DNA of 64,000 nucleotides from a virus: positions 1 through 64,000 of the IMG/VR virus record IMGVR_UViG_3300050821_006485; one strand, 5' to 3'. The notes beneath the pieces are model-generated. The model made no database searches and was not told the origin of the DNA. It saw only the letters and a program-made list of their open reading frames with translations. Below are positions 33,061-42,084 of this stretch, piece after piece. The translations under genes were made by a program, and so were the position numbers. The stretch's first letter is position 1; every line of letters starts with the position of its first letter.

Positions 33061-35330
33061 ATGCCATTACTTGAGGCTGCTGTAGAAGCAGTCGAACTTG
33101 ATGCATTTGCTAAGGAAATCCCTAGGTAATAAGGTCGGGGATTTTATGCCAAAAATACTTAGGACCTAGTATTTCATGGAACTACAGCATATTCCATGTT
33201 CAAGGCAGAGGCTCAATATTAGGGCCTCGATAAACCCGCTCTAATTGTCTCGAAATCTGAAATGACAACGAGGCGGAAGTCAAGTTTATTTGTAACAAAA
33301 CTTGACACCGTGAGAGATCAAGCGAGAGGGAGCCAAAAGGCTATGCAATGATCCGAGCTGCATGAAACAGTAACATGCAGAGGTTAGCAGAAATGACTAA
33401 TCCAAAATACAGTAACAAAGCTGACTAATATTCCTGTGAGCAATCAGTCACAGGCAGGCGGAGTAACTCGTCCGTCATTCCGCATCCCGTTTAGGGTGCA
33501 GGCTGGCGCGTCTATCTCCCAGGGAACCGGAAATGCCGACTCCATGAACCGAGGCACTGGAAGTAAATGGGCTTCCTTTGCGCTAGCACCTGTTTACCTA
33601 TTTAACGTCTAAAAATTTCATGGACGTTTAAAATTTCGCTGTATCGGTGGAACGCCTGAAAAGGCCAATACCGAGGCAACCTGCCTAGGCAGAGAGTCCG
33701 TAACGACTACACGCGAAACAGGCATAACGCTTGATGATATAGTCTGAACTGCATGGTAACATGCAGAAGGCAGCAGAAATGACTGCCTCATAACCTAAAG
33801 TTATGTAACAATTTTTGGTGAAATTTCCTGGCTCGCCCAGGCTTCCACGGATAGCAAGCAACGCGGTCTCTTCGCCGTAAAAGCCCAGGAGATGAAGAAC
33901 TCTTTGGATGCTGCAATGCAGGGCATCGAGGGGTTAATAAATTCCGACGGGAGTGGTATGATCGACCAAATCCCGGCCACCGCAGTCATTAACAACGGTA
34001 CGGGTACTGGTGACAGTACCTCCAGCATCGTTGGGATGAACGTGGCGGTAGCATTCACCGACCAACAGACGGTAACGTTCTGGACGGTTGGTGGTGTTCA
34101 GCGTACGACCGGCGTATCCTCGGCAGTAGTTAGCTACTCCGATGGACCGAGCAACACTTTGTTCTTCAGCACCGCCCTACCGACCGGTGTGGCAGTAACG
34201 GATTACATCGTGGTGAACGGCGCGACCTACGGCTCTGGTGCCTCTATTTTGGGCATCAAGGCTTGGGACGTGAACAGCAATACCGGGAGTATCGCCGGGC
34301 TTAACCGAGCGACTTACCCAGGCCGTCTTAGCACGCCTACCATTAACTTGGCGGGTGCCGCTATTACGCCAGGCATTGCCCAGCGAGCAGAAGTGCTCCT
34401 AGGCCGTGCGTTGGGTCCTGATGCCGACAGCATTAAGTCCGGCATTTGGTATGGGCCGCCCGAGCAAGCCTTTGCGCAGAGCAATCTGATGTGAACTAAA
34501 CGCATCATCAACTGGTAACAGTTGAAAGTAAACCAAGAGAATTCGGTGGAACACCCAATAAGGTCAATACCGAGCCGAGCCTGTTAGCGCAGGAAGGTGT
34601 AACGACTATCTCGAAAGAGAGTAGGGTCTAAGTAGACTCGAAGCACTTGGCACCCGTAAGGGTTGAAGATATAGTCTGTTCTCGCAGGTAACTGTGAGAG
34701 GGTAAGCGGAAACGGCTTGCCCGCAACGAACAAGACAACGTTCAAATTGCGAACGCACAGGAAATCAAGGGCGATAAAACGCTAGACATGTCCAAGAAGT
34801 ATTTTTCGGATTAACAATAGTCCCCTCAATCGGAAACGGTTGAATGAAAACCGAGAGAATTCAGGGAAACGCCTTAGTGGCCAATCCTGAGCCGAGCCTC
34901 AAAAGAGGAAGGTGCAACGACTATCCTGTAATGGGAGTAGGGGTCAGTGACCTCGAAGCACTTGGGACCCGTAAGGGTTATGATATAGTCTGAGCTTGTA
35001 GGTAACTACAAGAGTTTAGATGGAAACGATCTAAACGTAACGTAACTGACGTTTGGTGGCCGTAAGTATCACAAGAGTTGGACAGCAACCGCAAGCCGAA
35101 TGGATTTGCTGGTGCTAGACAACTGGTACATAGGAGAGCTGTCACCGCTAGAACTGTACGATTTTGGCGGCGGCAATGTGGTAGCTCCCGTGCCCGATAT
35201 TGGCAACGGGACTTCAAATGGTAGTTATCTTACCTCCCACATGTTTGCTTATAACACATGCTTCAACCTGGCTAATGCAGCTCCGCGAGCTGGCTTATAC
35301 GTTCAGAATGCAGCTGTGCCAACTGTGTAG
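33061..35330 (+). CDS. major capsid protein (putative), six exons: join(33061..33123,33163..33213,33424..33610,33818..34492,34735..34811,35049..35330), 444 aa
   Basis: Removing five U|...G| introns gives one continuous 1335-nt frame from MPLLEAAVEAVELDAFAKEIP|DLVF to YVQNAAVPTV. Its position after portal/scaffold and its size fit an HK97-type MCP. Confidence 0.8.
33124..33162 (+). other. 39-nt core-less group I-like mini-intron
   Basis: Three in-frame stops; P1 AAAUCCCU/GGGGAUUU with U.G at the junction; P10 AGGUC/GACCU; ends in G. Confidence 0.75.
33214..33423 (+). mobile_element. group I intron (MCP intron 2), 210 nt
   Basis: P1 GAGGCU/GGCCUC, P10 AAUAUUAG/CUAAUAUU, variant P7 GATCA/TGATC, P9.0 AGC/GCU, omega-G. 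Confidence 0.85.
33611..33817 (+). mobile_element. group I intron (MCP intron 3), 207 nt
   Basis: P1 AACGUCU/GGACGUU, P10 AAUUUCA/UGAAAUU, GACTA...GATATAGTC. Confidence 0.9.
34493..34734 (+). mobile_element. group I intron (MCP intron 4), 242 nt
   Basis: P1 GAUGU/GCAUC; core GAGAATTCGGTGGAAC...GACTA...GATATAGTC homologous to the TerL intron. Confidence 0.9.
34812..35048 (+). mobile_element. group I intron (MCP intron 5), 237 nt
   Basis: P1 GGAU/GUCC; homologous core with compensatory changes (TCAGGG/CCTGA in place of TCGGT/ACCGA). Confidence 0.9.
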
Positions 35331-35381
35331 ATGTAATTGAAAACAAAGAACTTACACGCTTTTTAATTGTAAGTTTTGTAC

Positions 35382-35410
35382 TTGTACTATAACGACGGTT
35401 ATGGTATTCT
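35382..35410 (+). promoter_or_regulatory. sigma70-like promoter
   Basis: TTGTAC-17-TATTCT with extended -10 TG, following a hairpin at 35346-35378. Confidence 0.5.
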
Positions 35411-35413
35411 AAA

Positions 35414-35456
35414 AGTGGGAGGAGACCTTGAACTTCTCCCACTATATTTCAAGGAG
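35414..35456 (+). promoter_or_regulatory. SD-masking pseudoknot (HEG leader 3)
   Basis: Stem AGTGGGAGGAG/CTTCTCCCACT; loop CCTTGAA is complementary to TTCAAGG(AG) at 35448-35454. Confidence 0.75.
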
Positions 35457-35461
35457 AACGA

Positions 35462-35989
35462 ATGGAAAGCAAAGTTTGTACCAATTGCAGTCTAGAAAAA
35501 CCATTTTCTGAATTTCAAGAAAATGAAAGATATGCGGACGGGTATTCTACGTGGTGTAAGGAGTGCCATAAGCAAGCTTCTACAAAAAGTAGAAAAAAGT
35601 TATCTAAAGAAAATCCTAATTATCACAAAGATAATGCTCTTAAACACAAACATAAAATAAGTTTAGAACAGTTTGAAGAAAAGCAAGTAGAGCAGGGCGG
35701 ACATTGCGCTTTGTGTTTGGCTACTAAAAGCAGTAATGGTGATAGACTAGGAGTAGACCACGATCACAGAATTTGTCCCGGAAAGTATGCTTGCGATAAG
35801 TGTCGAAGAGGTTTATTGTGCAGTTCTTGTAATGCTCGATTGGGCTACCTAGAGGGGTTTTTAGAAGAAGCTTTTGTATTTCCTTTCTTAGGCAGAGGAC
35901 AGTGGATACGGAAAGCAGTAGAATACTTAAACTACTATAAGAATGCATTATATCAAGCGTCTCTTTTGGAGTCTACCCAATGCAAGTAA
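35462..35989 (+). CDS. endonuclease VII-family (His-Me) homing endonuclease
   Basis: CTNC...CKEC, Q.G.CALC, VDHDH, RGLLC..CN..LG. Confidence 0.88.
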   Translation: MESKVCTNCSLEKPFSEFQENERYADGYSTWCKECHKQASTKSRKKLSKENPNYHKDNALKHKHKISLEQFEEKQVEQGGHCALCLATKSSNGDRLGVDHDHRICPGKYACDKCRRGLLCSSCNARLGYLEGFLEEAFVFPFLGRGQWIRKAVEYLNYYKNALYQASLLESTQCK

Positions 35990-36534
35990 CTCCTCTGACC
36001 ATAAAGCAAGCTAATGAATTGATTTCCAGATTGCATCGGCACCACAAACCAGTAGTAGGACACAGATTTTCCATAGGACTTCTCAACCAAGGGGTTCTTG
36101 TAGGCGCTGCCGTAGTAGGAAGGCCAGTTGCCCGTGAAGTAGAACAATATACCATAGCAGAGGTAACTCGGCTTGTGACGGACGGAACGCCTAACGCTTG
36201 CTCAATGCTTTATTCAGCGTGTGCACGGGCAGCCAAGGCTATGGGGTTTACGAAGATTCAGACCTATATTTTGGACAGCGAACCGGGAACTAGTTTAAAA
36301 GCCTCTGGCTGGAAACTAGAAGGCAAAACGGCAGGCGGTAATTGGAACCATAGTTGGCGTAAGGGTCGTAGAGAAGATCAACCCATGGAACCCAAATCTA
36401 GATGGGGTTTGGTTCTAAACTCGGTAGAGGAAGTCCAATGTCAACCACCTTCTGCTTCGCCCGTGACCACGACAACAATTACAGAGAATCTCACAAGCCT
36501 GTGCCAGGAAAATACGATGGTCTCCCCATCGTAA
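35980..36534 (+). CDS. XF1762-family protein (GNAT-like)
   Basis: HRHHKP..GHRFSIG, GRPVAR, EVTRL.TDG.PNACS.LY, TYIL.SEPGTSL.ASGW. Confidence 0.75.
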   Translation: MQVTPLTIKQANELISRLHRHHKPVVGHRFSIGLLNQGVLVGAAVVGRPVAREVEQYTIAEVTRLVTDGTPNACSMLYSACARAAKAMGFTKIQTYILDSEPGTSLKASGWKLEGKTAGGNWNHSWRKGRREDQPMEPKSRWGLVLNSVEEVQCQPPSASPVTTTTITENLTSLCQENTMVSPS

Positions 36535-36582
36535 CCTGTGCTTGGTGTGGAAGAACTTTAGAATCTACTCAGGAGACTCAGC

Positions 36583-36789
36583 ATGTTCATAGCGCCCAAG
36601 TTCCTCAAAGAGTACCTAAGCACTCGCAAGGCACGTCGCGCTAATAACGCCGCCTTCTGGTCTATGATTAACGCCTATATTTACGTGCAGAATCTTCCGT
36701 GTAGGAACAATCGAGAAGATGTGGCCGCGTCGGACGCATTGCGTATTATTCACTTAGCGCTGTTAGAGCTGGAGAAAAGCCTTAAATGA
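36583..36789 (+). CDS. hypothetical protein
   Basis: ACTCAGGAG SD. Confidence 0.55.
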   Translation: MFIAPKFLKEYLSTRKARRANNAAFWSMINAYIYVQNLPCRNNREDVAASDALRIIHLALLELEKSLK

Positions 36790-37058
36790 GCGCCATCGGC
36801 TGGCTTTATAGGAAGTTTAAGATTTTTGCCCATAAGCATAATTGGCATCAGATGGAGCCAAACCCTAATCTAGAGCGCGGCAAAATTCATTATTGGTGCC
36901 ATTGGTGTGGTATCAGGGCGGTTGAAAATGTTCCGTATTTTGATTTTGAATTAAGTGTCGGAACTCTTTTAGAAAACCACGAAGCTGGTAAAATACCCGG
37001 AATGGACATGAAAACTTATGAAAAGTACTACAAGTCTAAAATAAAGTCATTGGTATAA
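36786..37058 (+). CDS. hypothetical protein
   Basis: Overlaps the upstream stop; H.H.W...C..CG. Confidence 0.55.
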   Translation: MSAIGWLYRKFKIFAHKHNWHQMEPNPNLERGKIHYWCHWCGIRAVENVPYFDFELSVGTLLENHEAGKIPGMDMKTYEKYYKSKIKSLV

Positions 37059-37074
37059 ACACTCAGGAGACTCA

Positions 37075-37497
37075 ATGGAAATCACAGCAGGACGCATAGT
37101 ATTGTATAGGCTATCCGAGGTAGATGTCACGGCAATCGGTAAGCGCGGAAACGGCCACAAAGCTGGGGACATTCTGCCTATGATTGCAGTACGAGTTTGG
37201 CCAGACCAATCCGTAAACGGCCAAGTGTTTATTGATGGACAGGGAACACAGTTTGTGAATACTCGCCGGGAAGGTACCGAGGATGGTACTTGGCATTGGC
37301 CTGTGCATAAACAAGACCCAACGCTTTATAACCATGTAGAAATTACATCCGGCGCAGGCAATTCCCCGCTTTATGGGGATAATTCAGAGAAGATAGCCAC
37401 TACTTTTGAAGTCCTAGCAGACAAATTAAAGGAGACTCAACATGCCAGCAAAAAAGAACAAAACCAAGAAAGTTGCCAGGCAATCGCCCAGAAGTAG
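37075..37497 (+). CDS. phage hypothetical protein
   Basis: GRIVLY...PMI.VRVW...VNGQVFIDG...G.W.WP. Confidence 0.75.
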   Translation: MEITAGRIVLYRLSEVDVTAIGKRGNGHKAGDILPMIAVRVWPDQSVNGQVFIDGQGTQFVNTRREGTEDGTWHWPVHKQDPTLYNHVEITSGAGNSPLYGDNSEKIATTFEVLADKLKETQHASKKEQNQESCQAIAQK

Positions 37498-37774
37498 CGT
37501 AGGTTCAACCCGTACTCCTTGCACCTGCCAGTATAACCATAGAATCTCCAAGGCATTTGATGAGAGTTTCGATAAGCTAATTGGCGTGGAAGGTTTGGAA
37601 GAATACCACACGGCCTTGGTTCACTCCGATAAATTTGACGACATTATGGAAGCCTTGGGAGAAGATGATAACGATCCGTATTTGGTGATAGCAGACGCCG
37701 TGCGTATCGGTTTTGACGCAGGAAAAAGAATGAACGAGTGCGATAAGCTCGAAGCGATGGTCGGCTATAAATGA
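37442..37774 (+). CDS. hypothetical protein
   Basis: SD AAGGAG. Confidence 0.6.
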   Translation: MPAKKNKTKKVARQSPRSSVGSTRTPCTCQYNHRISKAFDESFDKLIGVEGLEEYHTALVHSDKFDDIMEALGEDDNDPYLVIADAVRIGFDAGKRMNECDKLEAMVGYK

Positions 37775-38502
37775 AGTTTCCAATTAGTTTCATAAACCAT
37801 AGTACGGTAGTTTCCGACGCGGAAGCGAAGATTGTAATGGGCCATTTGCAGACCCAGGTAAGCCGGGATTTCGCTCCGATTTGGGGTGTAGACGCCCAGT
37901 TGTTTTTTGTTTCTGCTTCGGGAACTCCTAACCCCGCGTATTGGCAACTCGTGCTCCTAGACGACGCAGACGCGGCGAACGCTCTGGGATACCATGAACT
38001 AACTTCAGCGGGATTACCCCTTGGCAAAGTGTTTGTGAAGACCACGGCGCAAGCTAAGGGCAAGTGGTCGGTAACCGCATCTCACGAATTATTGGAGATG
38101 CTGATTGATCCCGATATCAACCTCACGGTGTTCGTTCAGGACTCTAATACTTCGGGCCGTATATACGCCTACGAAGTTTGCGATGCGGTTGAAGACGACA
38201 GCTTGGGCTACAATATATATTCGGCTACGGTGTCCGATTTCGTCACCCCAGCATGGTTCGAAGCGCAGGGCTCGTCTTTAAGTCCTAAGTTTGATTTCAT
38301 GGGCCACCTCACTAAACCTTTTGCTCTCGCCTTGAACGGCTACATAGGAATCTTCGACGCGACCGCAGGTACCGGCTGGCAGCAGCTTATGGGTATGCAA
38401 GGCAAGGTCGGGAAGTTCGGAGAGAATAGCAAAGGTGGAGAGGAAGCTAGAAACAAGACGCGTACCATTGGTATGCAGGATCGACGCAGGAGTAAGAAAT
38501 AA
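37771..38502 (+). CDS. putative zincin-like metallopeptidase
   Basis: ALGYH, SHELLEMLIDP, EVCDAVE. Confidence 0.6.
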   Translation: MKFPISFINHSTVVSDAEAKIVMGHLQTQVSRDFAPIWGVDAQLFFVSASGTPNPAYWQLVLLDDADAANALGYHELTSAGLPLGKVFVKTTAQAKGKWSVTASHELLEMLIDPDINLTVFVQDSNTSGRIYAYEVCDAVEDDSLGYNIYSATVSDFVTPAWFEAQGSSLSPKFDFMGHLTKPFALALNGYIGIFDATAGTGWQQLMGMQGKVGKFGENSKGGEEARNKTRTIGMQDRRRSKK

Positions 38503-38948
38503 TGGGGGCTATCACAAACACCCCAGACCAACTAAAAAGAGACGAAGGGCTACGTTTACAAGTTTACATCGACAGTACCGGCCACCGCAGCATTGGCTAC
38601 GGCCACAATATCGACGCTTCGCCGCTTCCCTTTGATGTGTCCAACGGTATAACTTTACAGCAGGCCTACAATATCCTTGACAATGATATAAACGTTACAA
38701 GGGCGGCTATTTATGCCGCGTTGCCTTGGGTACGATCTTTGTCCGAACCTAGATTCGGAGTGGTGGTGAACATGGGCTTTAATCTAGGCGTGCCGGGTTT
38801 GCTAAAATTTCACCACACGTTGGCGGCGCTACAAGCCAGAGATTATGCACTAACCGCAGAGGGTATGAGAAATTCTCTGTGGTACCGACAAGTAGGAGAC
38901 CGAGCAAGGAGACTCGTGATACAAATGGAGACAGATAGATGGCAGTAA
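38502..38948 (+). CDS. endolysin, T4-like lysozyme (GH24)
   Basis: DEGLRL.VY.DS.G..SIGYGHN, NMGFNLG...L.KF, S.WY.QV..RA.RL. Confidence 0.9.
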   Translation: MGAITNTPDQLKRDEGLRLQVYIDSTGHRSIGYGHNIDASPLPFDVSNGITLQQAYNILDNDINVTRAAIYAALPWVRSLSEPRFGVVVNMGFNLGVPGLLKFHHTLAALQARDYALTAEGMRNSLWYRQVGDRARRLVIQMETDRWQ

Positions 38949-39319
38949 TACTTGTACCACCTGATCCCACAACTGTAAACGCATGGATAACGATCCTTAC
39001 ACCGATAGCCATTGCAATATCAACCATAGTAACCTCATTAGGAATTAAATGGGCACAGCAGGCCGCCGAAAGGGCTAATTTGGCAGCTATAAATGCTAAA
39101 GCAGCCGCCGATGCTTCCAGAATAGCTGAAGCAAAATCCTCAGTTAAACTAGATGAAATTCATACGGCAGTAAACTCCGGGTATAGTGAGTCCTTAAACA
39201 TAGGAGCAACCGCCCTGGAAAAGGTTGCCGAATTGACAAATAAACCGGAAGACGCCGAGTTGGCTAAGGCAGCCAGGATTGTATCGGATACTCATGCTGC
39301 TGGAGGAAATAAAAAGTGA
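38939..39319 (+). CDS. putative holin / single-TM membrane protein
   Basis: One N-terminal TM helix; overlaps the endolysin gene. Confidence 0.45.
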   Translation: MAVILVPPDPTTVNAWITILTPIAIAISTIVTSLGIKWAQQAAERANLAAINAKAAADASRIAEAKSSVKLDEIHTAVNSGYSESLNIGATALEKVAELTNKPEDAELAKAARIVSDTHAAGGNKK

Positions 39320-39573
39320 GGAGAAAAGTTTTAGCACTAGTTTTTTGCGTAGCCTTGGCATCGGAAGCCTTGGCAGTTGACAGTAAATCGCTCTTTATAG
39401 GCATCGGAATAGGCCTAGGTCTTTATACCTACCAAGGCACCCGTACACACGTGTTTCTACCCGCAGCACACGCCGTACAGCGTACGATTAGACCGGTTCC
39501 TCAGGATAAGATTGATAAGGCGAATCGAAAAGCAGCAAAACTTGCAAGGAAACAAAACAAGGAGAAGGATTAA
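39316..39573 (+). CDS. small membrane protein (lysis region)
   Basis: Two hydrophobic segments and a basic tail. Confidence 0.55.
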   Translation: MRRKVLALVFCVALASEALAVDSKSLFIGIGIGLGLYTYQGTRTHVFLPAAHAVQRTIRPVPQDKIDKANRKAAKLARKQNKEKD

Positions 39574-40169
39574 TGAAGCAGTCACTTTTAGCACTGGTTT
39601 TATGTTTTACCATGCTGTTTACTAGTTGTAGTCCGACCTGGTTAACTACCGTGGACACTATCTTAGCTGTTGCCGCCCCAGCCCTAGTTAATATTTTGCA
39701 GATTGTAGCTATTGCTGAAGGACAGCCGGTAAACACCGGGTTGCAGGCAAAGATTAAGGCGGATGTAGACAACCTTGAAAAATTAGCGCATGATTTTTCT
39801 GTTGCTTCTGCCGCTGCTAGTCCCGGAGCGTGTCAGCAATTAAAAGCCGGTATCGAGGTATATAGCCAAGACATTCAGTTGGTCTTAAGTGTGGCCCAGG
39901 TAAACAATCCTAATACACAGGCAAAGATTGCCGTTTTATCGGCGTTAGTTGTAGGTACTGTAGAAGCTATTATAGCTCTTATTCCGCAATGCCAAACTGT
40001 GGCAAGAACGGCAAGAACCTCCGTTCCGTTTAATGCGAAGAAGTTTGTTAGCGATTACAATGCTGCTTTAGTGGTTCCAACTGGAGATGTGGCGGTAGAT
40101 TCTTTGACGCCCAAACTTAAACTAAAGGCGCATAGTAAGACTTATCGTTACACCGTAGGGCTGTTCTAA
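39573..40169 (+). CDS. lipoprotein
   Basis: Signal peptide with lipobox-like FTSC. Confidence 0.65.
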   Translation: MKQSLLALVLCFTMLFTSCSPTWLTTVDTILAVAAPALVNILQIVAIAEGQPVNTGLQAKIKADVDNLEKLAHDFSVASAAASPGACQQLKAGIEVYSQDIQLVLSVAQVNNPNTQAKIAVLSALVVGTVEAIIALIPQCQTVARTARTSVPFNAKKFVSDYNAALVVPTGDVAVDSLTPKLKLKAHSKTYRYTVGLF

Positions 40170-40197
40170 ACAAATTAGTGAAAGTAGGAATAAAAAT

Positions 40198-41223
40198 ATG
40201 CCCAAAAAAGTACTTTTTTTGGCAAAATTAGGACCAGGTTATTCTTATTCTGACAATACAACTTACCATGAGCCGAGCGGATTGCTAAATTCTTCTCGGC
40301 TTATCGTAAGAATGTTAAATAAACATGGGGTAAACGCTAAGTTCGTGCAAGTAGTTGACAGCAATTCCATCGACAAGGAAGTAGCAAGCTTTTCTCCTGA
40401 CATTGTGATAATCGAGGCGCTCTGGGTTGTGCCGGAGAAGTTCACGGAACTTGCCAAGCTTCACCCAAATGTGCAGTGGTTCGTCCGCATCCATAGCGAA
40501 GTGCCCTTCTTATCACAAGAAGGCATAGCGATACAGTGGATAAGGTCCTATATTAGACAACCGAATGTGCACGTTGCGTTTAATAGTTCCAATACGTTGC
40601 GAGATTTCCTGTGGGTGTTTCCTTCTTCCAAGTATTTGTACCTGCCGAATTATTTCCCGGAGTTCGAGCAAGAGGATTCTATCAGTACTGTTAGACCAAG
40701 TGAACGCTATGTGGACATCGGCAGTTTTGGAGCAATCCGCCCACTTAAGAACCAGCTAATCCAAGCGATGGCGGCTATTTCTTACGCAGATTCCGTGAGA
40801 AAGATGTTGGCGTTCCATATAAATGCCACGCGTGTAGAAGGCGGGGAACAGATTCTAAAAAACCTAAGGGCGCTCTTTGCGAACTCCAAGCACAACTTGG
40901 TGGAACACGATTGGTTATCCGTTGAGGGTTTCGAAAACCTGCTGGCCCGTATGGACGTGGCTTCTTGTGTGTCCTTCAGCGAATCGTTTTGTATAGCGGC
41001 AGCCGAGGCGGTGAGCCTAGGCGTTCCGCTGGTTTGTTCGCCGCAAATTAAGTGGGCGTATTCGGCTTCTTATGCGGACCCCACTAATATGGCAGATATC
41101 GTGCAGACGATTACTAGAGTTAAGGACTCCTGGCAGAGCGGTCTTATAAAGAAGTTAAACCGCAGAGGTTTAAAGGAGTACGACAGGAGATCGGTTAAAT
41201 TTTGGCTGGAGTTCGTGAAGTAA
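40198..41223 (+). CDS. GT-B fold glycosyltransferase (GT4-like)
   Basis: FGAIRPLKNQ, SFSESFCIAAAEAVSLGVPLV (EX7E). Confidence 0.8.
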   Translation: MPKKVLFLAKLGPGYSYSDNTTYHEPSGLLNSSRLIVRMLNKHGVNAKFVQVVDSNSIDKEVASFSPDIVIIEALWVVPEKFTELAKLHPNVQWFVRIHSEVPFLSQEGIAIQWIRSYIRQPNVHVAFNSSNTLRDFLWVFPSSKYLYLPNYFPEFEQEDSISTVRPSERYVDIGSFGAIRPLKNQLIQAMAAISYADSVRKMLAFHINATRVEGGEQILKNLRALFANSKHNLVEHDWLSVEGFENLLARMDVASCVSFSESFCIAAAEAVSLGVPLVCSPQIKWAYSASYADPTNMADIVQTITRVKDSWQSGLIKKLNRRGLKEYDRRSVKFWLEFVK

Positions 41224-41349
41224 ATTAAACTTTGCTTGGGATATCCGAAGTAATACCCGAGCAACCGCCGGGATTGGCTTGCTTGCCACTTCGGAGAGCT
41301 AAGCAAGTCCCCGGCGTCAATCTTAGTAAATAACTCAGGAGACTCAGAA

Positions 41350-42084
41350 ATGACATTATCAGGTGGAGACCGGCTTGCGTCCGGCCAAAAGACGGCGCAA
41401 TTTGGTGGAGCTGGCAATTTTGTAACCGAATTCGAAAGCGATTTTATCTTCAAATCTCCGGCAGAAGTTTGTAAGAAGTACGGTATTACCGGTCACGAAT
41501 ACCAACAGTATGATTCGGAAAGACAGAGGGGCGATAGTTTGCCGGATTTGCAGCCCGTGGGGGCAGAACAGGTAAAACCGAGTTTTACTGTTACGGATAG
41601 GCGCAGTCAATTTCTTCCCAATGCCGGGGTGGTGGAAGCTAAGGTTTCTAAGTATCCAATTAGGGAATATAGACCTTTTTCTGCTATTCTTGACAGGATT
41701 TTGGTGAAGAGAATAGAGACCGACCCAGATTTAGAAGAACTAGAAGACGGCTCTGCACGAAGTAAGAGAACGGGCTTGGTTATAGCGGCCCGTTATAGAC
41801 AGCATAACAATAAAGGCATTGTTTTATCGGTTGGAAATTATATTGGTATTGGGGGACAGTGTATACCTCTTTCTAACTTTGTAAGTGCAGGCGATTTAGT
41901 AACGTTCGGGAGCTATAACACGGAAAAATTTGAGATGAATTTTAAACAAGCCAAAGATTTATGTCATTCCTTAGGTATAGATCATGAAGAGGGGGATGAA
42001 CCATTTCAAATTTTAAGACTACAAGACGTGAGAGGCGTTGAGAAATTTATAGTTCGAGTAAAGTTGGTAACAAATGAAAGCTGA
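41350..42084 (+). CDS. GroES/Cpn10-like co-chaperonin with N-terminal extension
   Basis: ILDRILVKRI...TGLVIA...GIVLSVG...V.AGD.V.F..Y...ILR..DV.GV. Confidence 0.7.
   Translation: MTLSGGDRLASGQKTAQFGGAGNFVTEFESDFIFKSPAEVCKKYGITGHEYQQYDSERQRGDSLPDLQPVGAEQVKPSFTVTDRRSQFLPNAGVVEAKVSKYPIREYRPFSAILDRILVKRIETDPDLEELEDGSARSKRTGLVIAARYRQHNNKGIVLSVGNYIGIGGQCIPLSNFVSAGDLVTFGSYNTEKFEMNFKQAKDLCHSLGIDHEEGDEPFQILRLQDVRGVEKFIVRVKLVTNES

Noticed and set aside
33124-33162. Ribosomal bypassing (T4 gene 60 style) or readthrough as the explanation for the MCP insert
   Set aside because: There are three in-frame stops. The matching AGG at 33161 lands out of frame on ACC TAG, and there is no in-frame matching landing codon.
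33126-33162. GT...AG spliceosomal-looking intron
   Set aside because: Removing 37 nt shifts the frame; the context is prokaryotic; P1/P10 define the 39-nt boundaries.
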